Assembly: GCF_964188315.1 (NCBI RefSeq)
Contig: NC_135662.1
Coordinates: forward strand, 87,234,001-87,298,000
Direction of reading: 5' to 3'
DNA length: 64,000 bases
Source of the DNA: Podarcis muralis
Taxonomy: Eukaryota
Positions 37,201 to 46,784 of this stretch are shown here, one piece after another. Position 1 is the stretch's first letter, and each line of letters opens with the position of its first letter. Below the pieces are notes generated by a model that was not told the DNA's origin, did no database searches, and saw only the letters and a program-made list of their open reading frames with translations. The position numbers were made by a program, and so were the translations under genes.

Positions 37201-39944
37201 TTAAGATCTGCATATAGATTTTGAGAGCTAGGTAGCATACTGGCAAAACCTAGGAGCTGCAAAATCCCCCAAACAAATTTTGCCCCAGTCATATATGGTA
37301 ACGTTCTCTCAGTCTCTGCGCATCTCATTAACAATTTAGGATAATACTATCTTATCTCTCATTGCTGTAAGGACTGATATAATGTATGTGAAATGCTTTG
37401 AACACTCAAAAGCAGGGGTAGCCAACTTGATGCCCTCTTGGTAGCCAACTCCCATCCAGCCTAACCAGCATGGCCAATGATTAGGGTGATGAGAGTTATA
37501 ATCCAGCAACATCCAGAGGGCACTAAAAACAATACTGCTGCTCTGAAGTGTTATATTACTGCCAAGCATGATCACTACTGTTTTAAGACCAATGTATTAG
37601 CCTCATTAGATACCCAATTCTGAATTTAGTTTCCTTCTATTTTGTGCCCAAATTATACAGAATACACAAGCTTATGCCAAAACTAAGTACTGAATAAATA
37701 TGTACCAGCTGACCAGGGGTGGGCGGGGGACAGGGAGAAAGACCTCAACAAAGTTTTGTTAAGTAGTACAGAAATTACATGCTTACTCATGATGGCGAGA
37801 TTTGGAAGGTGGTGCAGATGTTGGAGCTGCTCGTGGGGTCATAAGAAGTTTTCGGAAGTCTTCATTGGTCAGTTTAGATCTAGAATAAAAACAATTGTGA
37901 TTTACTGCCAAAAAAACCCCCACAATACTTTATCCTGCCTTCAACACACCATGGTACAAGATTTACTGAAGGACAAAAACTTTCCAAATTCCATTTTATG
38001 ATACCAAATAGCCAACATGCTTGTATGGACTGAAAAACCTCTGCAAGCAAAACAAAAACAAAAAAACAGGCATCCATTGGCTAACCCATGGGTAGGCAAA
38101 CTAAGGCCTGGGGGCCAGATCCGGCCCAATCGCCTTCTCAATCCAGCCTGCGGACGGACTGGGAATCAGCGTGTTTCTACATGAGTAGAATGTGTCCTTT
38201 TATTTTAAATGCATCTCTGGTTATTTGTGGGGCCTGCCTGGTGTTTTTACATGAGCAGAATGTGTGCTTTTATGTAAAATGCATCTCTGGGTTATTTGTG
38301 GGGCACAGGAATTTGTTCATATCTTTTTTTTTCAAAATATAGTCCGGTCCCACCACAAGGTCTGAGGGACAGTGAACCAGCCCCCTGCTGAAAAAGTTTG
38401 CAGACCCCTGGCTATCCTGTCCTCCTCCACTGGTTGAAGAAGGAAAATTAGCTGATGGATGGTGGGACAGTGGTGGGTGGGAGGACACATAATAAAAACA
38501 AAATGCATCAGGGCCACTGCAGGACACACTATTGTTCCACCATGATTTGGTAACTGTAATGAACTACACATGATTCCCTCATCTGCACTGGCTAGAATTC
38601 CACTTATCCAGTTCTTTTGGTCCTTTGCAATAGTAGTGGCATGAATCCAGAACTTTTCAGTAGTCTTGATAGCCGGGCTCATGGTTGCCAAGACCCCTTA
38701 TCCCAAATGACATGCTGCATCTCTGTATGACGCAATGGACAATCCCCTGATCCCACCTCCAGTTTCAAGTTCAGGACTGTCCATGTGGTTGCCTTGGAAT
38801 TCACTATCCCAGCACAACTGGTAGGATAATCCCACCCCTCCCCAGCTCTAAGGTAGAAAAGAGAAGGATGGGCAATCCTTGAATCACCCTTGCTTGAAGC
38901 CAATAATACATTCACCACAGTGAGTAGTTTAGTTACACTTGGACAGCAGCAATGGTAAAAACAGGACACTTGAACCAACACAAAACATAACAAAAAGTTC
39001 TACTCACTGGTGAAAGGAATGAGAATCATCCACCTCATGGCCATCTGGGGCCAGAGGATTAGAGAACGGCTCACCTAGAAAGAAGAAAAAGAAGTGATTC
39101 CAAGCCAATGCGGTGCCAGACATGTAAACACACCATTTGCACAGATTATTGCAGGGTTTTCATTCAGAAATGAAACCAGCCAGAGAAAAAGAAACAAACA
39201 AACAATGAAGATGTAACTTCAGTGTGTCAGAGAGACAGCACATTTGCAGAAGAGACTGGAGACAAAGTTAGCAAAGAGCAGGCGGCTCTAACAGCAAGAG
39301 TGAGGAACCTACACACACACACACACACACACAATGTTGTTGAACTACAATTTCCATCAGCCCCAGCAAATATGGCTAACGGCAAGAGAAAAATGGGAGT
39401 TGTAGTACATCAGTGCCTGGAGGGCTGCAGCGTTTTCCCCACAGCTGCTCTGGATTGCCACTGCCTACCCAAGTTAGGATCGCCCCCTTCCTTCCCAGCC
39501 ACCCCACAGATTAAGTCCCAGGCAATGTGCCACAGGCGCAACTAAGTTCATTTATCTACCTGCCGGTATTTCACAAAACGTGCACATTCCTTGGTCGTTA
39601 AAACAACACAAAACCCTCAGAGCGGTTTACACAAAGGTGAGGCGATAAAATCGAGGAAGATTCACAACCCCACACTGAAACGTGGGGAGGGTGTTTTCGG
39701 CAGGCGCCCCAAAGGGGGACACGGCCGCGCTCTTCCGGGGGCGCCGCGGGCCTGACGGGGCGCCGGCAACTCGCGCCGATTCCGGGGGGCGAGTGAGGGG
39801 GCGAGGCGGCGGCCGAGAAGACGACGAAAACTCGTCTCTCAGACGCGGCCGCTGCCTCAGCCGGCAACTATACCCCCCTCCCCCCGGAGAAACACGGCCC
39901 GCCCCCCGCCCCCTCCGGAGACACTCACTCTCCCGCTCCGGCAT
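28274..39944 (-). CDS. IK: Protein Red (IK), spliceosomal B-complex factor, 555 aa, 20 coding exons
   Basis: Exons 39944-39929 (MPERE), 39074-39008, 37879-37787, 37049-36990, 36381-36214, 36131-36017, 35031-34961, 34711-34665, 34572-34409, 34300-34192, 33739-33700, 33286-33067 (RE/RD repeat), 32589-32571, 32422-32344, 31635-31555, 31296-31239, 30776-30688, 30466-30358, 29730-29696, 28301-28274 (VEVKRPKY*). Total 1668 nt, in frame. Confidence 0.97.
28908..29007 (+). repeat. (CAT)n microsatellite interrupted by a CR1 3' tail (28944-29007)
   Basis: (CAT)n, then ggggttggactcgatg...ttccaactctatg(attctatg)2, then CAT again. Confidence 0.75.
29010..29420 (-). mobile_element. L2-clade LINE 3' fragment in IK intron 19
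   Basis: ORF FKALVLTFKALNGLGPVYL...TLRS...RAFLVVAPALWSALP...FRKHLKAALF, typical L2 ORF2 C-terminus. Confidence 0.85.
31636..32343 (-). other. U12-type (minor spliceosome) AT-AC intron, IK intron 14
   Basis: 5' site ATATCCTTTT, branch point TTTTCCCTTAAC about 10 nt before the terminal AC; the frame of exons 14-15 is kept with these boundaries (GPE-S-LKKPEDKKQ). Confidence 0.93.
33509..33556. mobile_element. Half copy of the hAT MITE at 34782-34917
   Basis: Near-identical to the left arm of that element. Confidence 0.75.
34782..34917. mobile_element. hAT-type palindromic MITE
   Basis: 34-bp terminal arms with one mismatch; perfect 8-bp TSD AGCTAGAA (34774-34781, 34918-34925). Confidence 0.9.
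35403..35443. repeat. (TGTT)10 microsatellite
   Basis: Read directly. Confidence 0.95.
38087..38410. mobile_element. hAT-type MITE
   Basis: Ends CATGGGTAGGCAAACT / AGTTTGCAGACCCCTG; imperfect TSD; internal tandem duplication of about 60 bp. Confidence 0.7.
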
Positions 39945-40197
39945 CTTCGCTCTCGCCCTCGCCGCCGCCGCCCGTCTCGGCCTGAGGTAAAAAGAAACAC
40001 AACAACAACAACGCAGCGAAAGCCCTTCGCTTTTCCCACAAGGCACCGCGCGGCGGAAGGAGGCGGCGGAAGGGGCACAGCCTGTGGCCCACAACGCCCT
40101 GCGCGGAGATCGAGAACATAGAGAGACGTAATATTATAAACCTGTCATTTCCCTCAATAGCAAAATTCCGGGTTTACTTGGGAAGCCACGTACAGTC

Positions 40198-40258
<61 letters not shown>

Positions 40259-40960
40259 CCCTGGCATGGGGTTGGGGCGTGAAAATTGACGCTGGAAATC
40301 CACCCGGGAATGTAGCATGTTTACCAAGAAGATAAGCAGTTCCTCTTCTTCTGACTTGGGCTTTATTTCATGTGGTCACCTATCACCCCCAACACAAACA
40401 CTCACACCCCCCCCCCGAAAATAGCCTTGCCAGTCTTAATTGACTGATATGCATTTAGACTCGAGCATGAAATCTTGAGTTTCCAATGGGTTGGATCGGT
40501 CTCTAGTCAGCCCCAGGGAGAGAGGCGTCGGGCGGGGGTAGAATTAGAAGTACCCGTATTGCACCTTTGGTGTATCACTCTATTAATTAAGTCTATGGTT
40601 CGGTGCCCCCATTGACTGAGTAATTGGTTGATTTACCCACAATACCGCGCGACTCCCCAGAAAAACTTTGCATAGCCACGCCCGTCGCCTTGTGCTGATT
40701 GGCCGCCAAGACGACAAGACTAAAGCAACGGGACGCGCGGATTGGCCAGCAGGTTGCGCTTCGGGGAGCGGGGGAACCTCGAGTGCCAAGATGGCGGCCT
40801 CCTCAGCTGCGCGGGTCGTTCAGGGCGGCCTCTCTCGGAACCTCAAGGAGCTCCGCATCCACCTCTGCCAGCGCTCGCCGGCCAGCCAGGGGGTCAGGTA
40901 CGCGAGGCGAGGGGAGGCCTTTCCCTCCCCTGACAGCCCGGCCTTTTCCGCTCATTTTTT
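39640..40960. promoter_or_regulatory. Bidirectional CpG-island promoter, IK (-) / NDUFA2 (+)
   Basis: Head-to-head ATGs at 39944 and 40791; CpG-rich; ATTGG boxes near 40623, 40698 and 40741; YY1 motif AAGATGGCGGC over the NDUFA2 ATG. Confidence 0.85.
40199..40257. repeat. (TTA)~19 microsatellite in the IK/NDUFA2 promoter
   Basis: Read directly. Confidence 0.95.
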
Positions 40961-43074
40961 TAGAAGGTTGCAGCTTGGTAGGTCGTGGGGGGGGGGGGCA
41001 GATGCTCACAGGCAGCTTTATTATAATATTTAATTGAAATACTTTATTGTCACTTGTGCAACTTGTATACAGTTGTTGGGTTGAAATAAACGACAGACGA
41101 ATGGCAAGTGTTATATGGGAGGCATCTACCGAGCATGTCTCGGGGAGTCCCTTTTATTGAATATTGCAGCATTGCCACATATGTGCTTGTTGCTGATTGG
41201 TTAACACAAATACAATACAAGGGTTGCATATAGACATTAATAATCAATAGATTAAAGGTTGGGAAAGGGAACACAGAATTGGACAGGCATGAAAACCTCC
41301 TTATTAAACTATTACTAGTGATTGATATCTAGGGACGCAGGTGGCGCTGTGGGTTAAAGCCTCAGCGCCTAGGACTTGCAGATCGAAAGGTCGGCGGTTC
41401 GAATCCCCGCGGCGGGGTGCGCTCCCGTTGTTCGGTCCCAGCGCCTGCCAACCTAGCAGTTCGAAAGCACCCCCGGGTGCAAGTAGATAAATAGGGACCG
41501 CTTACCAGCGGGAAGGTAAACGGCGTTCCGTGTGTGCTGCGCTGGCTCGCCAGATGCAGCTTGTCACGCTGGCCACGTGACCCGGAAGTGTCTCCGGACA
41601 GCGCTGGCCCCCGGCCTCTTGAGTGAGATGAGCGCACAACCCTAGAGTCTGGCAAGACTGGCCCGTACGGGCAGGGGTACCTTTACCTTTACCTAGTGAT
41701 TGATATAGCAAAACTTAAAAGAACATATAAACTATTACTAGTGATTGATATAGCAAAACTTAAAAGAGCATAACTTGTATTCCGTAGATGTGGCCAACCA
41801 TGCATTAAGAATAGGTCAGGGTACGATGTTTCATGAACTCAATGTGAACTGAACATTCTAGGATGGGTGCGGAAGGAATGCTTCAGCTTAGATGTTTGCC
41901 AGAGTCATGTGCAGAAGCAAAACTTCCCATCATACAGTGAGATTACACGAGCACCTCCACTCAGGTCTTTTAGTCTTAATTCCCCTCGTTTACTGACGCA
42001 CACCAACCAAACCCCAAAGTCAGTTGCCCTGTTGTTATCTTTTCATTTAGCAGCCCAACAGCCCACGGATAGAAGCTGTTCTTTACCCTGTTGGCGCGAC
42101 GAATCCTGCTTCTATATCTTCTGCCTGAGGGCAGGAGATCAAGAAAGTGCCGGCCAGGGTGGGAATCATCCCTGAGAATTTTCCACACTCTCCTGAGGCA
42201 CCGTTCTTCCGCAATGTCATCCAGCGGATTCACGGGACAGCCCATAATATCTTGTGCTGTATTCCTAGGAATTTAAAGGAAAAGACACTCTCCACACAGC
42301 CCTCCCCAATGTACAGCGGGGCTAGTTCTCCTCTCTTCCCCCAAAAGTCCAACACCATCTCCTTTGTCTTGCTGATATTAAGGTGCAAGTTGTTCCCTAG
42401 GCACCATGTAGATATTTTTGGACCTCCCCTCTATACGCTGATTCGCCTCCACCTGTTATTAAACCTATTATGGTGGTGTCATCTGCAAACTTAATAATTG
42501 CAGTAGACAGGTCAGATGATACACAATCATATGTATACAATGAATACAGGTAGGGACTTAGCACACATCCCTGTGGTGTGCTAGTGCTGATTTTTAAGGA
42601 ATTAGATGTTACATGTCCAATCCTCAATGTTACTATCATATATTTACTGTGCTCATTTCCCTCTTTTTTCCCTTTCAGGGACTTGAAGCGGCTTAGAGAT
42701 AAAAATTAAGAACCACAAAACAAAAATAGGAAAAGCAATAATTAAAAACAATTAAGTATTCATAGAATCATAGAATTCTTAGCCTCTCTCCTCTTTCGCA
42801 AGATGAGGTTTGCTGGTTTGCTTAGGGAATGAGGGGGCGCTGGTATGAAAAGCAGTAATAGTGGCCGTTAGTTGTCCTTTTGCGTGTTCGTATCAAACAC
42901 TTGAAAAAACTCCCAGAATAAGCCATAGTGGACTTATACTCAAAAAGGAATCATAGAATCATAGTCGGGTTGGAAGAAATCCCGAGGGTGATCTAGTCGA
43001 CCGCCTGCAATGCAGGAATCTGAACTGGATGCTTTATCTGAGATTCCTGCATTGCAGGGGTTGGACTAGATTGA

Positions 43075-43123
<49 letters not shown>

Positions 43124-46089
43124 TACAATAGAAACAGCAGAGCACTAGCTTTACTACTAGGAATGGACATTGGTTTTGAATCACAAAAGTAAAGGTAAAA
43201 ACCATGTTGACTAATAAGGAAAAAAAGCCCAAAAGGCATAGTATTTTTCTTATTTATTAAATTTGTATACCGCACTTTATATGGATAACAGGGCAGTTCA
43301 CAGCACAAAAATAAAATATAAAAACACAAAATATTTAATAAAACAAGAACAAAAACCATTCAAATAACCCCCACATTTTAAATGATAAAGGATGTTAATC
43401 AGCCAATAATATTAGAAGCAATACCTTTACAAGGCCAACTCGTGCTTTTATGGAGGGGGGGGGGAGCAGGAAGAGTAAAAAATGAGGTTCCAATAAATAC
43501 TCCTATTTTGACTAAGGTGCTGTGGGTGCCCTAACACAGATTATGGTAATTTGATTTGGATGTATCCAATAGGTCAACCCACCTTGAACACTTTATTGTG
43601 ATAGCAGCTAACCAGCTGAGCAGAGAAGCCACAAAGCCAAGTCCAGTGCTGTTCTAGTTGTTGTTATATATACAGTATATGCCACAGAAGTAGTTTGCTA
43701 AAGCTTAAACACATCTGGTATCAGGATATACTGAACATTACTGGATTATATTAACCTCTAAGGCTACTGGGAAAATTGTAGAAAAAAATTATATACAGTC
43801 AAACCTTGGTTCCTGAATGGCTGTTTTCAAACATTTCGGCTCCCAAAGCCAAAAACCTAAAAGTAAATGCTCTGGTTTTCAAACTTTTTTGGAAGCCGAA
43901 CGTCCGATGCGGCTTCCGCTTGAGTGCAGGATGCTTTTGCAACCAATCGGAAGCCGTGCCTAGGTTGTTGAACATTTCAGAAGCTGAACAAGCTTCCAGA
44001 ACAGATTACGTTCAACAACTGAGGTTTGACTGTACTAGTCATATTGTTTTCTTCACGCCTTGCTGAGCTTTAGCTCAGTTTTTTAAACTGTGTTCATGGG
44101 AAACAGGGTTTTAAAGAAATTTGTAATGTTGGACAAGCTGCTCTGAAATACAATGTACTCACCACTACAACTCTGGAATTTTGTTGAATGTGTTTGGAGC
44201 GCACCCAGTTGTTTCAAAAATGGCAAGACTCCTGAAACATGCCCCCAAACCCCTGTGCTCCAGATAAATATAGGAAGTATTCTCTGAATGTTTGACACTT
44301 GAAAGCCACTATCTGTATCCTGCTGACTTTTCATGAAAGTGTAGAAGACCCTCAGCCTAATGCATGCTGGTGTGTTTGCTTCTTCTTTGCAGAGATTTCA
44401 TTAAACAACATTATGTGACTTTAAAGAAAGCAAATCCAGATTTCCCTATCCTGATCAGAGAGTGCTCAGATGTGCAACCCAAGCTCTGGGCTAGATATGG
44501 TGAGTTTGGCAGGGGGTGTATGTTACAAGTTTGCTATACAATTACCGTAGGTAGAAATAATACGTTGGGCAGTTCAAGTATTAGCCTTTCCTTGAGGAAC
44601 AAAGCTTTTCAGCCCTGCCTGGATTTTTATTGTTGAAAGCCACTAGCAAGCACTTCTTGGACAACTCCAGCCCAGTAAGCCACTTGCGCTTTCCCCCCAC
44701 AACTACTCCAAATCTGCTCTATGATGTTTTCTCTCCAATACAAATAGATCATGTCAGAAAACATTTCCATTGACAGTCAACAGAAACCTTGGCAGTTTTT
44801 TCAAACGTTGGCTGGTAGCTTACATGAAGTATCTAGTGGGAACAGAGCTGGCAACTCTATTCTGATAGAAATATGTGTCCCCAGGGTGCTCCCCCCCCCC
44901 CAGATTTACCTTTTAGAATTTTTAAACAAAAAGTGTTTTTAAAAAATCGAGTTAGAATTTTTTGTTCGTGAGAGCTGCTTTTGTTGGACATGGAAATTGC
45001 TGCATCTCTGTAATGCAGAAAGTATCAAGAGAAAAATGGATAAACTTAAGACAAGAGAGTGGATAGAAATGGTCTTTGGCTGCCAGAGAGGAAACTTAAT
45101 TGAGCACATGGCCTATGGCAAATAATGAATTATCTCCCTCTCCCCCCCCCCCCACCCAAGGGCTCTTGTTTCAACACTTATCCCACTCATTTTCTTGCAA
45201 AATAGGTACTTAAGTTTAGTAGCTGCTGAAAAAATTCAACAGCTTTAAAGTTTTAAAGTAAACTTAGCTAGTCTTGACTTAATTAAGGCTCAGGCCCCTG
45301 ACTTAATATTTCTGATAACTGGCACCATGAGGCCTCTTTACTAGTACTTTGCCAGATACATCTAAATAGAGAATAGTGGCATGGAATCATAACCCTACAG
45401 CAGACTAGAGTTCCCAATAGCTAAAGTAGCTGAGGACTGAGGTGATAGTGAAAACCTTTCTTCTAGCTTTATCTGATGTGGCAGCTTTGATGTCAACTGG
45501 GTAGTCTACAAAGTGGGGGAGCTAAGGATGGACCAGCTGGCCAAATCCTGTTCCCCACCCCTGAAGCAGAAGTGAATGTCAGCTCTTCTGAAAAGCATTT
45601 GTTTTCACCAAGTCTGTGCTAGTGCATCCAAAAGCAATTCAGGTTATGGGTGGAACACATCCCCCTTGGGCACTGCATTTCAGTTTTTAATGTAGTAGCT
45701 TCCTGAAAGTAGAAATCCCTGTATCATGCATTGTCTGTGCAGGGCGTTTTGTTTCCTAACACTGCTTGCCAGTGAAATTGTAGGAAAGTGAAGCTGCTAT
45801 GTGTATGCATTTCCTGAGTTTTATTGCTGTACCTACATTTACATCTGTGTATAGTAAAGCAGAACATGTCTAAAGGGAGCTGTTAGCAGTGTAGGTTGCA
45901 GACACATGGTGGCTCAATCAAAGTGTCTGAAATCATTTCTTCAAATGAAAACAGTCCATGGTATATGCCTTTCACCCAACTTTTGTGTTTTCCTCAGCGT
46001 TTGGCAGAGAGAAGAGTGTACCACTGAATAACCTAAACATGGACCAAGTTGCCAAAGCCTTGGAGAATGTTGTTAACAGCAAAGCATAA
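40791..46089 (+). CDS. NDUFA2: NADH dehydrogenase 1 alpha subcomplex subunit 2 (B8), 101 aa
   Basis: Exons 40791-40897 ([19 protein letters not shown]), 44393-44499 ([26 protein letters not shown]), 45998-46089 ([12 protein letters not shown]...TAA). Confidence 0.97.
41030..42640 (-). mobile_element. Rex1/Babar-type LINE, 5'-truncated and decayed, with a nested SINE
   Basis: RT motifs [18 protein letters not shown] and IIKFADDTT; [16 protein letters not shown] after a frameshift; C-terminus [18 protein letters not shown]; 3' end tgacaataaa near 41050. The left boundary is approximate. Confidence 0.75.
41332..41692 (+). mobile_element. Sauria SINE, full length, young subfamily
   Basis: Head through (ACCTTT)n tail; 13-14 bp TSD (C)TAGTGATTGATAT at 41315-41328 and 41693-41706. 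Confidence 0.95.
43078..43121. repeat. (TG)n microsatellite
   Basis: Read directly. Confidence 0.95.
43796..44032. mobile_element. Tc1/mariner-type MITE
   Basis: TIR CAGTCAAACCT / AGGTTTGACTG with TA flanks. Confidence 0.75.
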
Positions 46090-46178
46090 GGAAAACAAAT
46101 GGCAACTGAATTTGAGTCTAATTCCAGATGTGGATCACTTCTATGTGTAACTTGCATAAAAAAGAATTCAACTTAGAA

Positions 46179-46184
46179 AATAAA
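46179..46184 (+). terminator. Probable NDUFA2 poly(A) signal AATAAA
   Basis: AATAAA 90 nt after the stop. Confidence 0.7.
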
Positions 46185-46305
46185 GCTTAAGTATATTGTT
46201 TAAGCCAAGACAGTCCCCTGTAAGTTGATTCTTTTCACTATTGTTAATCTTTGCACAACAAGTGCTAGGCTAAAGAACAGTTTAGAGAACAGTAAACATC
46301 ACAGA

Positions 46306-46661
46306 GGGGACGCAGGTGGCGCTGTGGGTTAAAGCCTCAGCACCTAGGACTTGCCGATCAAAAGGTCGGCGGTTTGAATCCCTGCGGCGGGGTGCGCTCC
46401 TGTCGTTCGGTCCCAGCGCCTGCCAACCTAGCAGTTCGAAAGCACCTTCGGGTGCAAGTAGATAAATAGGGACCGCTTACTAGCGGGAAGGTAAACGGTG
46501 TTCCGTGTGCTGCGCTGGCTTGCCAGAGCAGCGATGTCACGCTGGCCACGTGACCCGGAAGTGTCTGCGGACAGCACTGGCTCCCGGCCTATAGAGTGAG
46601 ATGAGCGCACAACCCTAGAGTCTGGCAAGACTGGCCCGTACGGGCAGGGGTACCTTTACCT
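46306..46661 (+). mobile_element. Sauria SINE, full length, young subfamily
   Basis: 13-bp TSD TAAACATCACAGA at 46293-46305 and 46662-46674. Confidence 0.95.
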
Positions 46662-46784
46662 TAAACATCACAGAATAAGGCTTCTCTAGAAGTGCCAGGG
46701 ATATTTACTTTTACCACTCTTCAGAAAAACAAGAAAGTGTTCTGTTCACAGGCTTGTTAGCTGGCTGCTTTGTATGTATCGCTA

